From positions 11,605 to 75,604 of the forward strand of contig CANQAJ010000001.1 in NCBI GenBank assembly GCA_947589365.1: 64,000 nt of DNA, read 5' to 3'. The stretch's first letter is position 1. Each line of letters opens with the position of its first letter. The notes under the pieces are model-generated. The model had not been told where the DNA came from. It saw only the letters and a program-made list of their open reading frames with translations, and ran no database searches. Made by a program: the position numbers and the translations under genes. Shown here one piece after another: positions 1 through 9,036 of this stretch. The DNA comes from an uncultured Clostridia bacterium. GTDB taxonomy: Bacteria > Bacillota > Clostridia > Oscillospirales > Acutalibacteraceae.

Positions 1-77
1 AAATCAAGGAAAGAGTTCTTCACCTCTCAAATTCCGTTCTTGCCGATAAACAAACGGTATCCTCGGAAGTAGTATAA
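1..77 (+). CDS. nrdD: 3' end of anaerobic ribonucleoside-triphosphate reductase (partial, start lies outside the window)
   Basis: Frame 3 reads IKERVLHLSNSVLADKQTVSSEVV and stops at TAA 75-77. The IKERVLHL stretch resembles the conserved NrdD C-terminal tail, and the activase gene follows directly. Only 24 codons are visible. Confidence 0.45.
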   Translation, partial: IKERVLHLSNSVLADKQTVSSEVV

Positions 78-94
78 AAATCCGTAAAATCCGA

Positions 95-120
95 CCCCCG
101 ATGCTGAACTGTATCGGGGG
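95..120 (+). other. Intercistronic hairpin between nrdD and nrdG
   Basis: An 8 bp GC-rich stem (cccccgat / atcggggg) closes a 10 nt loop. No T-run follows, so it is not a classic terminator. It may be a processing or stability element, or it may sequester the GGGGG just upstream of the ATG at 124. Confidence 0.4.
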
Positions 121-168
121 TGAATGCTGCGGATACAAGACACAAAGACCGGAGGCTGCGGTAATACT

Positions 169-696
169 ATGTATATAGGAGAAATAATTACAACGGATTG
201 TGCAAACGGCACGGGTATCAGGGTGAGTATATTTGTTTCCGGATGTACTAACCACTGCAAGGGTTGCTTCCAACCTCAGACATGGAATTTTGAATACGGA
301 GAACAATATACCCGTGAGCATGAGAATTATATTATAAAAGAATTATCCAAAGAATATTATGACGGTCTGACCATATTGGGCGGGGAACCGTTTGAACCTT
401 CCAATCAGCGGGGGATCATAGGGCTTATCCGAAGAGTCAGAACCGAATTGCCGGAGAGAAATATATGGATGTATACCGGCTTTACATACGAAAAGGACTT
501 AATTCCCGGCGGATGCCGTTATATCGAGTGTACGGATGAAATACTTGACAGCATAGATATACTTGTTGACGGACGGTTTGTTGAGGAGCTTCGTAATATT
601 TCCCTTAATTTCAGAGGCTCGGAAAATCAGAGGATAATTGATATGAATAAAACAAGAACAAGCGGAAATATTGTTTTATCCCCGCTTAATGACTGA
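169..696 (+). CDS. nrdG: Anaerobic ribonucleoside-triphosphate reductase activating protein (radical SAM)
   Basis: The N-terminus NGTGIRVSIFVSGCTNHCKGCFQPQTW carries the CxxxCxxC radical-SAM cluster motif typical of NrdG, and the gene follows nrdD. I prefer the start at ATG 169 because it gives a homolog-like N-terminal length and GGAGG lies at 151-155. The ORF-track start at 124 remains possible. Confidence 0.85.
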   Translation: MYIGEIITTDCANGTGIRVSIFVSGCTNHCKGCFQPQTWNFEYGEQYTREHENYIIKELSKEYYDGLTILGGEPFEPSNQRGIIGLIRRVRTELPERNIWMYTGFTYEKDLIPGGCRYIECTDEILDSIDILVDGRFVEELRNISLNFRGSENQRIIDMNKTRTSGNIVLSPLND

Positions 697-704
697 CAGA
701 AGAA

Positions 705-1589
705 TTATTTTTTTGAAGATTTTCTGTAAGTAAGCGGTGTGCAGCCGTACTTACGCTTGAACATACGATTATAATAGCTTTGCTCGGAAAATCCGCAGCA
801 TTGAGCTATCTGTGATAAAGAGTTGCCTGTTTCGGACAGCATATAACAGCTTTCTTTCAGTCTGTAATCGGTCAAGAAGCTTACAGGCGATTGAGAAAGG
901 TACTGCAAAAACATTTTACAGCATTTGCTTCTGCTTATATGTCCCGAGGCGGCAATTTGTTCCAAGGTTATTTTTTCGGAAAAATGCTCATATATGAATG
1001 TTATCATCTCCCTTTGAATCTCCAGATCCGAATCGGACAGTGATACGGTCACGGAATCCGGGATATTATAGTTATTGCATATCTTTCTGAAAAGCCTGCA
1101 TACCAATGACAATACATCAAGCTCATAAAATTCCTGTCTTTCTTTATACTCATATACGAGCAAGTCTATAAGCTCGGAAATTTCCCTGTTTTCCTCACTG
1201 CCATTAAAATAAACATAAAAACGTATGCTTATATCCTTCAAAAACCGTTCGACTGCACTGTTCTTAGGCATTGCAGACAGAAATATTCTCGGGTTTATCT
1301 GAACCGTTCGATAATGACAACCGTTATTTACGGTATGATTAAAATGAATTTGACGGGAGTTTATGTAAATTATATCACCACTTCCGAGTTCGGTATCACA
1401 TCCGTTTACTCTGCTTATCATCCTGCCGTCAAGCACCTGTAAAATTTCAATATCATCATGCCAATGAGCAAGCATTTTATCGCCCGGATATGGTGAAAAT
1501 ATGCCCTCTGCGATATACACGGGAAAACCATAGACGTTATAATCGGTATGGTATTTTTCTGAATCATCATTCTGTAATGATCTTTCCAT
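705..1589 (-). CDS. AraC family transcriptional regulator (N-terminal cupin, C-terminal double HTH)
   Basis: The C-terminus LEQIAASGHISRSKCCKMF...LSQIAQCCGFSEQSYYNRMFKRKYGCTPLTYRK is a typical AraC/XylS HTH pair. The N-terminal region HWHDDIEILQVLDG is cupin-like. Confidence 0.85.
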   Translation of the reverse strand: MERSLQNDDSEKYHTDYNVYGFPVYIAEGIFSPYPGDKMLAHWHDDIEILQVLDGRMISRVNGCDTELGSGDIIYINSRQIHFNHTVNNGCHYRTVQINPRIFLSAMPKNSAVERFLKDISIRFYVYFNGSEENREISELIDLLVYEYKERQEFYELDVLSLVCRLFRKICNNYNIPDSVTVSLSDSDLEIQREMITFIYEHFSEKITLEQIAASGHISRSKCCKMFLQYLSQSPVSFLTDYRLKESCYMLSETGNSLSQIAQCCGFSEQSYYNRMFKRKYGCTPLTYRKSSKK

Positions 1590-1699
1590 ATTGCACCTCT
1601 GAAATACGATAATACAAAATTTTCGCTAATATTATACTATATTTTCATAAAAAAATCTACTATAATACCAATAAAATTATACTATTGGAGGAAACAATT

Positions 1700-2347
1700 A
1701 TGAAATTTGTATGTCAGATCTGCGGTTTTGTGTATGAGGGTGCAGAGCCGGCTGAACAATGTCCGCAGTGTAAACAAACAGGGACATTCAAGGCAGTTGA
1801 GGAGAAAAAGACGAATCCCTATGCCGGAACACAAACCGAGAAAAACCTTGAGGCGGCTTTTGCCGGAGAATCACAGGCAAGAAATAAGTATACCTATTTT
1901 GCTTCGGTTGCTAAAAAAGAGGGTTACGAGCAGATTTCCGCCCTTTTCCTTAAAACTGCCGATAACGAAAAGGAACACGCTAAGATGTGGTTCAAAGAAC
2001 TCAAAGGAATCGGTAATACGGCGGAAAATCTTGAAGCTGCCGCTGACGGCGAAAATTACGAATGGACAGATATGTACGAGGGTTTTGCTGTAACGGCTGA
2101 AAAGGAAGGCTTTCCCGAGCTTGCGGCAAAATTCCGTGCTGTCGGGGAAATAGAAAAGCACCATGAGGAGCGTTATCGTGCATTGCTGAAAAATGTTGAA
2201 ATGCAGCAGGTATTTGAAAAGAGCGAAGTCAAGGTATGGGAGTGCCGTAATTGCGGTCATATAGTAGTGGGAACGAAAGCTCCCGAGGTATGTCCGGTTT
2301 GTGCACATCCGCAGAGTTATTTTGAAGTTCATGCGGAAAACTATTGA
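1700..2347 (+). CDS. rbr: Rubrerythrin with Cys4 rubredoxin-like modules at both termini
   Basis: The ferritin-like core contains [22 protein letters not shown] and NEKEHAKMW. CxxC...CxxC modules occur at the N-terminus (CQICG..CPQC) and the C-terminus (CRNCG..CPVC). A GGAGG RBS at 1687-1691 precedes ATG 1700. Confidence 0.9.
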   Translation: MKFVCQICGFVYEGAEPAEQCPQCKQTGTFKAVEEKKTNPYAGTQTEKNLEAAFAGESQARNKYTYFASVAKKEGYEQISALFLKTADNEKEHAKMWFKELKGIGNTAENLEAAADGENYEWTDMYEGFAVTAEKEGFPELAAKFRAVGEIEKHHEERYRALLKNVEMQQVFEKSEVKVWECRNCGHIVVGTKAPEVCPVCAHPQSYFEVHAENY

Positions 2348-2386
2348 TAGTACCGCACATATGAAAAGAGAATCGTGAATATCAAG

Positions 2387-2426
2387 ATGCGGCATTCCCA
2401 TAAAAAGGGCTGCCGCATTTTTTTAT
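2387..2426 (+). terminator. Rho-independent terminator after rubrerythrin
   Basis: The stem gatgcggca / tgccgcat is followed by ttttttta. Confidence 0.6.
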
Positions 2427-2437
2427 TTGATATATTT

Positions 2438-3643
2438 TTACTCCGATGTATTTTCAGTGTTACTGTCTGTATCAGCTGCTTCATTATCCGTAATCACTCT
2501 CTGAGGCAGCTGTTCGCCGTCAAAATGAATACCTATGCCGTTTACCTCTACTCCCTCATCTGCCCGTATCATTATATACTTTACTCCGTCAACTACCTTT
2601 GCATCTACCATAAAGCTGAATTTCGGATCAACCTTAATTGAAACATATGAATTTTTAAGCTCAAATTGCTTGGGATCGATTATATTCTGCGGCGGAATTT
2701 CAATCTTTTCTCCGAATCCGTTTATAAAATTTTCATCAAACGATGCCATTTCCTCATCCTTTGCACCACAGGTTGTAAGAACACGCTTGACATCATTTTT
2801 ATCAAGCATAAGCGGCTCCGGATCTTTGCTCTCCTTATGCTCTGTTATCATATCGGATATCATACTATGTACAGACTGAACAAATCCCAAATTTCTGCTT
2901 TCCGAGGTGGAATCTGATACGACATTCCTGAACGCCTGTTTTTGCTCGGCAGCAGGCATCTGTGCCTTTGCACCGAAAAGTGCTTCAACAACCTCGGCGT
3001 AATTTTCCTTTGTGCTTCGTGTGTAAAATACCGCATTGTATATATTGGTTTTACGATCATCAAAACATGGATACATAAATCCGATTTCAGGGGCGGAAAC
3101 AGCTGATTCGGCTCCTATATTCCGGAAATTATTTTCGCCGGTGGAGAATCCGAGTGCTGCTCTTGTAATTTTTATCGGACATACGCTGCATATAAAATAG
3201 CGGAACATCTCTGTTGAATCCATAAGATCTTCATCGTTCTTTGAAAATGAAGGTACATCATAACGGTCGTAAGCAAGCAGTATCAGATAATTACCGTCCG
3301 TTACAAAGGATGATACTATCTTCTCATATAAAGCATCGAGCAGCTCCTCGTTATCAAGCTCGCTTTCTCTTATCTCTGAAAGGAGCTTATATTCTTCCCC
3401 GCTCTCAACCTGATCGGTTGTAAATTCGATATTCATAAGATTTCTTCCCATTGCTCCGGAAATACTTTTTTTCATCAGTTTAAGCACCCAATCCTGCTGT
3501 TCATCATTCAGCATATTAACAGGTACCTTGAAACGGGAAATAATTTCCTTTGCGGCACTTACATAGCATCCCCGTATATAGGCAATATTACCTTTATCAG
3601 ACTTGAAACGTTTTTTAATTTCGGCAAATTCTTTATCGGTCAT
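2438..3643 (-). CDS. Conserved uncharacterized protein (DUF4317-like, from memory)
   Basis: A clean 401 aa ORF with globular-looking composition. The N-terminus MTDKEFAEIKKRFKSDKGNI...IRGCYV matches my recollection of the Firmicutes DUF4317 family. This is not verified. Confidence 0.55.
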   Translation of the reverse strand: MTDKEFAEIKKRFKSDKGNIAYIRGCYVSAAKEIISRFKVPVNMLNDEQQDWVLKLMKKSISGAMGRNLMNIEFTTDQVESGEEYKLLSEIRESELDNEELLDALYEKIVSSFVTDGNYLILLAYDRYDVPSFSKNDEDLMDSTEMFRYFICSVCPIKITRAALGFSTGENNFRNIGAESAVSAPEIGFMYPCFDDRKTNIYNAVFYTRSTKENYAEVVEALFGAKAQMPAAEQKQAFRNVVSDSTSESRNLGFVQSVHSMISDMITEHKESKDPEPLMLDKNDVKRVLTTCGAKDEEMASFDENFINGFGEKIEIPPQNIIDPKQFELKNSYVSIKVDPKFSFMVDAKVVDGVKYIMIRADEGVEVNGIGIHFDGEQLPQRVITDNEAADTDSNTENTSE

Positions 3644-3849
3644 AATTTTTATTCTCCTTAGCTGCTTAAAATTGGTTTAAAGGGATAGCACAAACTCCCA
3701 CGAATATTAATTATATCAGGAAAATGTTTATAAAACAATAATCATTTATATAATTTGTCATTTTTCTTATATTTATATCCTTTTCAACTGTTGCTTTTTA
3801 TACTTTTTCGTGCTATTATTATAATGAGAAAATATGAAGGTGGTGCAAT

Positions 3850-4347
3850 GTGAATACCGTCAAGCATTTTGAAATAATAAAAAAGTATGCACAGGATATA
3901 CTTGAGTCAAAAGGTATGGAAATAGAAAGGATCTGTGTCCAGCATGGTACATTCAGCGTGTTTGACCATTCTCTGTTTGTAACGTCAATGTGTATAAGAA
4001 TTTCAAAAAAATTCAAAATAAAGGTGGATGAGAGAGCATTGATCCGTGGTGCTATGCTGCATGACTATTTTCTTTATGATTGGCATGAGCCTTTGAAGAA
4101 AAACAGACTGCATGGCTTCAAGCATCCGAAAATTGCACTGGAGAATGCAATGAGGGAATATACTCTTGGCAGAATAGAGCAGAATATGATTTTGCGTCAT
4201 ATGTTCCCGCTTACATTGAAACCCCCGAAATATCGTGAGGCGGTTATTTTATGCATTTCAGATAAGCTGTGTGCAACGTATGAAACTGTCGGAGGATTGA
4301 AAAACAGAATTGTCAGAAAATTTAGGAGAGTTGATACAAATGCCTGA
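3850..4347 (+). CDS. HD-domain phosphohydrolase
   Basis: An H...HD signature is present (HSLFVTSMC ... GAMLHDYFLYDWH). The start is GTG, preceded by GAAGGTGG. Confidence 0.7.
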   Translation: MNTVKHFEIIKKYAQDILESKGMEIERICVQHGTFSVFDHSLFVTSMCIRISKKFKIKVDERALIRGAMLHDYFLYDWHEPLKKNRLHGFKHPKIALENAMREYTLGRIEQNMILRHMFPLTLKPPKYREAVILCISDKLCATYETVGGLKNRIVRKFRRVDTNA

Positions 4348-5146
4348 TTCGGCACTAATGTTGGAAAAATATTTTTTTTGGCTCGTCGTTTACAGTGTTA
4401 TCGGATGGGTATATGAATCCGCCCTTGAATCTTTCAGACAGAAAAAGCTTGTAAACCGCGGATTTCTTAACGGACCGTATTGTCCTATCTACGGCTTTGG
4501 TTCCCTCCTTGATGTTATAATACTGGGGAACTTGAGATATAATGCGTTTCTGTTGTTCGTATCAAGTGCGGTTCTTACGTGCATACTTGAATACATGACC
4601 TCTGTCGTTATGGAAAAGATATTCAATGTGCGTTGGTGGGATTATAATGACTTTAAATTTACGGTATTCGGAAAGGAAATATTTGTTGGAAAATTTAATA
4701 TAAACGGCAGAATATGCCTTGTCGGTGCCCTCGCATTCGGTACACTTTCTATATTGCTTGTGTATTTCATTCATCCCTTTATAGAGTCCGTGACCAATAG
4801 GTTTTCCTATCCCCTGTTTCACTATGTCTGCGGCGGTTTGTTTATTTTGATCCTTATAGACTGTCTGCATACGATATTGGGTTTTTCAAGCTTCAACGAG
4901 AAGCTTAAGGGACTTTCTGCAAATATAAGCCATATTAGGGGTAATATTAATGATAAGGTTCAATCAACTGCCGCTTATGAGAAAATAAATTCTGCATATG
5001 AAAAGTTTGTCAAAAGTCTGAATAACCAGCAAATAAGGCTTATTCATTCGTTTTCTCACCTCAGATCCATAAAATACAGAAAAATTTCCGAGGAGGTAAG
5101 AAAATTCGTTTTTAGAAAAGACAGAAATAAGGGCAAGAAAAAATAA
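4340..5146 (+). CDS. Polytopic membrane protein, putative ABC-transporter type IV family (PF06541/DUF1113-like)
   Basis: The N-terminus LVVYSVIGWVYESALESFRQKKLVNRGFLNGPYCPIYGFG is typical of that family, and several TM helices are present. AGGAG at 4324-4328 supports ATG 4340 over the ORF-track start at 4310. Confidence 0.7.
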   Translation: MPDSALMLEKYFFWLVVYSVIGWVYESALESFRQKKLVNRGFLNGPYCPIYGFGSLLDVIILGNLRYNAFLLFVSSAVLTCILEYMTSVVMEKIFNVRWWDYNDFKFTVFGKEIFVGKFNINGRICLVGALAFGTLSILLVYFIHPFIESVTNRFSYPLFHYVCGGLFILILIDCLHTILGFSSFNEKLKGLSANISHIRGNINDKVQSTAAYEKINSAYEKFVKSLNNQQIRLIHSFSHLRSIKYRKISEEVRKFVFRKDRNKGKKK

Positions 5147-5253
5147 AAAGAGGAAATTTCCGCAGTATCTTTCGGGAATTTCCTTTTTATTATTGTACTT
5201 TTCTTATACTGTATGCTGCTGTGTATAATAAATACAAATAATGGGGTGCTATT

Positions 5254-5557
5254 GTGAGTAAAAAAATTCTGATTATTGAAGACGACAACGAAATAAACCG
5301 TATGCTGAAAATTCTTCTTGAAAGCAGCGGCTATACAACGGCAAGTGCATATTCCGGCACTATGAGTGCAATACATGATATAGAAAAAGCTCAATCTTAT
5401 TGCAATTCTTGAGGAATCAACGGATATTTCAAGAACAAGCGGAAGTACCGGTCTTGGTCTTGCGATAGCAAAACAATTTACGGAAATTCTCGGCGGAAAG
5501 ATATATGCCGGATACAAGGACGGGATTTTCTCAATAACCTTAAAATTCAATAAATAA
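5254..5557 (+). pseudogene. Relic of a two-component system: response-regulator N-terminus joined to a histidine-kinase C-terminus
   Basis: Frame 1 from GTG 5254 reads VSKKILIIEDDNEINRMLKILLESSGYTTASAYSG..., a receiver-domain start, and stops at TGA 5410. Frame 2 from about 5389 reads ...DISRTSGSTGLGLAIAKQFTEILGGKIYAGYKDGIFSITLKFNK*, an HK G2 box plus the ATPase-lid end, and stops at 5555-5557. Everything between the two parts is missing. Confidence 0.65.
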
Positions 5558-5607
5558 AAAAAGCAAAAGCCGGAGTTATTCTAAAACGAAGGCTTTTGCT
5601 TTTTTGA
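5557..5607. terminator. Bidirectional rho-independent terminator
   Basis: The stem aaaagcaaaagcc / ggcttttgctttt has A-runs and T-runs on both sides. It sits between the convergent two-component relic and yaaT. Confidence 0.7.
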
Positions 5608-5623
5608 ATAATGATGTACAAAA

Positions 5624-6493
5624 TCAATCCTTTTCAAGCTTCTTCAGCTTTTCTATTTCGGCTCTGTCAAGACGTATCTGTCCGTCCTTGATTATTCTGA
5701 CCTCAGATACATTATAAGTATGTGGTGCGGCACCCGGTGCCTTATTTAGCGATACGGTAAGTGTACCCGTAATAAGATTTAAATCAATGACATTTCCGTT
5801 TCCGTCCGGAGTTTCAACTATAGCCCCTATTTTCGGAGTTGTTTTCAGCAGACTTGTATATACATCCTGCTCATATTTAAGACAACACATGAGTCTGCCG
5901 CACGTTCCGGATATTTTTACAGGATTAAGCGACATTCCTTGTTCTTTCGCCATTTTTATCGAAACAGGCTGAAATTCCCCCAAAAAGGTATTACAGCAAA
6001 ACGGTCTTCCGCATATGCCGAGTCCGCCGAGCATCTTAGCTTCATCACGCACACCTATCTGTCTCAGTTCTATCCTTGTTCTGAATACGTAAGCGAGATC
6101 CTTTACAAGCTCACGGAAGTCTACCCTGCCGTCTGCTGTGAAATAAAAAAGTATCTTATTATTGTCAAAGGTATATTCCACGTCAACCAGTTTCATCTGT
6201 AAATTATGCTTTGCAATTTTTTCTTCACAGATTCTAAAAGCTTCAACTTCCTTTTTTCTGTTCTCCTTAACAATTTTCATATCATCCGAGGTAGCTTTTC
6301 TGATAATCTTTTTTAGCGGTTTGCTTATTTTATCATCGGTTATCTCCTTGTTTGCCATTGCAACCCTGCCGCACTCTACCCCTCTGCTTGTTTCAACTAT
6401 AACATTATCGCCTACACGAAGCTCTGAGCCGTCCGGATCGAAATAATAAATTTTTCCCACATCTTTAAATCTTACACCTATTACACTAATCAT
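5624..6493 (-). CDS. yaaT: PSP1-domain stage 0 sporulation protein YaaT/RicT
   Basis: The N-terminus VIGVRFKDVGKIYYFDP and the Cys cluster GTCGRLMCCLKYE are typical. The gene lies immediately downstream of holB, as in Bacillus. Confidence 0.9.
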   Translation of the reverse strand: MISVIGVRFKDVGKIYYFDPDGSELRVGDNVIVETSRGVECGRVAMANKEITDDKISKPLKKIIRKATSDDMKIVKENRKKEVEAFRICEEKIAKHNLQMKLVDVEYTFDNNKILFYFTADGRVDFRELVKDLAYVFRTRIELRQIGVRDEAKMLGGLGICGRPFCCNTFLGEFQPVSIKMAKEQGMSLNPVKISGTCGRLMCCLKYEQDVYTSLLKTTPKIGAIVETPDGNGNVIDLNLITGTLTVSLNKAPGAAPHTYNVSEVRIIKDGQIRLDRAEIEKLKKLEKD

Positions 6494-6509
6494 ATTTTCC
6501 TCCGAATAT

Positions 6510-7466
6510 TTACACTCTCAGCACAGATGAAAGCCATGTGCCGAAAAAATTAAGATTAACATTTATTTCCAGAACCTGCTTTGCTCTCTCTATATTTTCC
6601 GCAAGTCTGAATATTCTGTTTTTGGTCATTCGCTTTGCAGCATCCGAGGCAATCGCAGAATTGGTTTTGGCACCGACAGATGCCTTGACACATTCAGCGG
6701 CGTTCTCGGTCAGAAAATCAAGAACACTCACCGCAAAAACACGGCTTTGTGACATTTTGCTTGTCAAGGTGAGTACATTATATTCGTTTCCCTTTATAAC
6801 TGCACCGAATATTTCATCGGCAAGCTTTTTCGCTTCTTCCCCACCGCTTTCAAGCATTTCGATGGTCTTGCCTATGTTTCCGTCACACAGCTGTGCCGCA
6901 TGGAGAATATCTCCGTGGTCCCTTTCGGGAAAAAGCCGTAAAACATATTCAGCCGCCGCTTCGGGTGTTGCAGGATAAAGCGTATATAAACGGGAACGGG
7001 AACGAACAGTCTGCAAAAGCATATTTGCGGATGTTACCGTAATAATAAAAGCAACATTTGCCGGCGGCTCCTCCAGAACCTTAAGAAAAGCATTCTGAGC
7101 CGGAGCAAGCATTTTATCGCAGTTTAAAAGAAGATATACCTTGGTCGGTGCTTCATTGGGCATGATATATGAATCGGCACGGATATTTCTTATAGCATCA
7201 ACATTAAGCTCTCCCGTATTATTTCCGTTTGCTGTGAATATATCGGGATGTGATGAATGCATAGCCTTGATACAAGCGGGACATTTTCCGCAGGGTCGGT
7301 TATCGGATGAGCATACAAAGCTTTGTGCAATTATTTTTGCGAGAGTTTGTTTTCCCGTACCCTTTGCACCGTCCAATATTATAGCATGAGGCAGTGTATT
7401 GGTTTTCACTGCTTCGGTTATTTCTTCAATTAATTTATCATTAGCAACAAATTCATTAAACTGCAT
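6510..7466 (-). CDS. holB: DNA polymerase III subunit delta prime
   Basis: An AAA+ clamp-loader P-loop-like motif (GAKGTGKQTLAKIIA) and a zinc module (CGKCPACIK) are present, and the synteny with yaaT is conserved. Confidence 0.9.
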   Translation of the reverse strand: MQFNEFVANDKLIEEITEAVKTNTLPHAIILDGAKGTGKQTLAKIIAQSFVCSSDNRPCGKCPACIKAMHSSHPDIFTANGNNTGELNVDAIRNIRADSYIMPNEAPTKVYLLLNCDKMLAPAQNAFLKVLEEPPANVAFIITVTSANMLLQTVRSRSRLYTLYPATPEAAAEYVLRLFPERDHGDILHAAQLCDGNIGKTIEMLESGGEEAKKLADEIFGAVIKGNEYNVLTLTSKMSQSRVFAVSVLDFLTENAAECVKASVGAKTNSAIASDAAKRMTKNRIFRLAENIERAKQVLEINVNLNFFGTWLSSVLRV

Positions 7467-7563
7467 AACACAAACCGCTTTCCGTAAAGTTTTACGAACA
7501 TACCGCCTATGCTATTATAAACTATTTTTATATAATTTACAAGTTTTTAATTTTTCCTTTTAT

Positions 7564-8907
7564 TCATTTTCCAAGTAAATTTTTATCGGCTTTATAATTT
7601 ACCTGTTTTGATAAAAGAATAAGTGCCGCAAGATTAGGTATAGCCATAAGTCCGTTAAGCGTATCGGAAATTTCCCATACAAGAGATATGCTCATTATAC
7701 TTCCTATATATGCTGTCAGTGCATAAACAAAACGATATACACCTATATATTTTCCTCCCGTAAGGTATTCAAGACTTTTTTCACCATAGTAGCACCATGA
7801 TACCAAAGTTGCAAATGCAAACAGAATTATAGAAAGCGAAATAAAAATTTTGCCTGTAATTCCGAGGGTTCCCTCAAATGCAGCTGTGCTTAAAGCTATT
7901 CCGTCAAGCGGAGATTTATCAAAACCGGATGTAATTATACAAAGAGCCATAAGTGTACATAGGACGATAGTATCCATAAATACTTGAAACATTCCCCACA
8001 TTCCCTGTTTATACGGATCGTCCGTATCGGCTGCCGCATGAACTATCGGAGAGCTTCCAAGACCTGCCTCATTAGAAAATACGCCTCTTGATATTCCGTA
8101 TTTTATTGCCCTTGCCATACCGTATCCCATAAAGCCACCGGCAACACAATGTAAATCAAAAGCTTCCGTAAAAATCTTAACAAAGGCAGCCGGTATCTCA
8201 CGGAAATTTATACCTATAACTATGACAGCGGCAAGAATATACAAAACTGCCATAGTAGGAACAAGCTTTTCGGTAAGTGCGGCTATGCGGTCTATGCCGC
8301 CCATAATTATAAGACCTACAGCAACCGCTATAATAATTCCGCTTATTTGCTGAGGAACACCGAATCCCTCACTTAAAGCACCTGCAACCGAATTTGCCTG
8401 CGTCATATTTCCCATACCGAGTGCAGCAACAGTACATATAACGGCAAAAACCACAGCCGCCCACTTACAATGAAGACCCTTTTCAATGTAATACATAGGT
8501 CCTCCAACATATTTACCGTTTCTTTTTTCTCTGTATTTCACTCCAAGCACATTTTCTGCAAATATAGTAGCCATACCAAAGACAGCGGCAACCCACATCC
8601 AGAATATTGCACCTGCTCCGCCAAGGCTTATCGCTCCGGCAACACCGACAATATTTCCTGTTCCTATCGCACCTGCAAGTGCCGTAGCCATTGCCTGAAA
8701 CGATGAAATTTTCCCTTTTCCCCTTTCCCCCTCATTTTTTTTGAAAATAGACATAAAGGTTTCTTTCCACCAGTATCCGAAATGCCTTATCTGAAAAAAT
8801 TTAAGTTTAAATGTATAGAATATACCGATACCTAAAAGTATACATAACATGAACGGTCCCCAGACAATACCATTGATAAATGAATTGATTTTTTCAACAG
8901 TTCCCAT
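7564..8907 (-). CDS. Alanine/glycine:cation symporter (AGCS family)
   Basis: The polytopic membrane protein carries the AGCS signature SSFQAMATALAGAIGTGNIVGVAGAI. Confidence 0.9.
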   Translation of the reverse strand: MGTVEKINSFINGIVWGPFMLCILLGIGIFYTFKLKFFQIRHFGYWWKETFMSIFKKNEGERGKGKISSFQAMATALAGAIGTGNIVGVAGAISLGGAGAIFWMWVAAVFGMATIFAENVLGVKYREKRNGKYVGGPMYYIEKGLHCKWAAVVFAVICTVAALGMGNMTQANSVAGALSEGFGVPQQISGIIIAVAVGLIIMGGIDRIAALTEKLVPTMAVLYILAAVIVIGINFREIPAAFVKIFTEAFDLHCVAGGFMGYGMARAIKYGISRGVFSNEAGLGSSPIVHAAADTDDPYKQGMWGMFQVFMDTIVLCTLMALCIITSGFDKSPLDGIALSTAAFEGTLGITGKIFISLSIILFAFATLVSWCYYGEKSLEYLTGGKYIGVYRFVYALTAYIGSIMSISLVWEISDTLNGLMAIPNLAALILLSKQVNYKADKNLLGK

Positions 8908-8958
8908 TTTAACACTTCACCCCATACATATATATAATTATTTAGGAATTAATATGAT

Positions 8959-8988
8959 TTGCAAACATATAAGCCTGTATGGTATAAT
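8959..8988 (+). promoter_or_regulatory. Sigma-A-type promoter for the Rsm22-like gene
   Basis: TTGCAA (8959-8964), an 18 nt spacer, then an extended -10 TGGTATAAT (TATAAT at 8983-8988). Confidence 0.5.
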
Positions 8989-9036
8989 TGATATACAGTT
9001 TATTACAATGTAATTATCAATGACGAGGTATAAAAA

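Noticed and set aside
5056-5550. A 164 aa minus-strand ORF spans the 5150-5550 gap.
   Set aside because: It overlaps the 3' end of the plus-strand membrane protein gene, and it is antisense to sequence that translates cleanly into receiver-domain and HK G2-box peptides. Its own translation is low-quality and hydrophobic or basic. The plus-strand two-component relic explains the region better.
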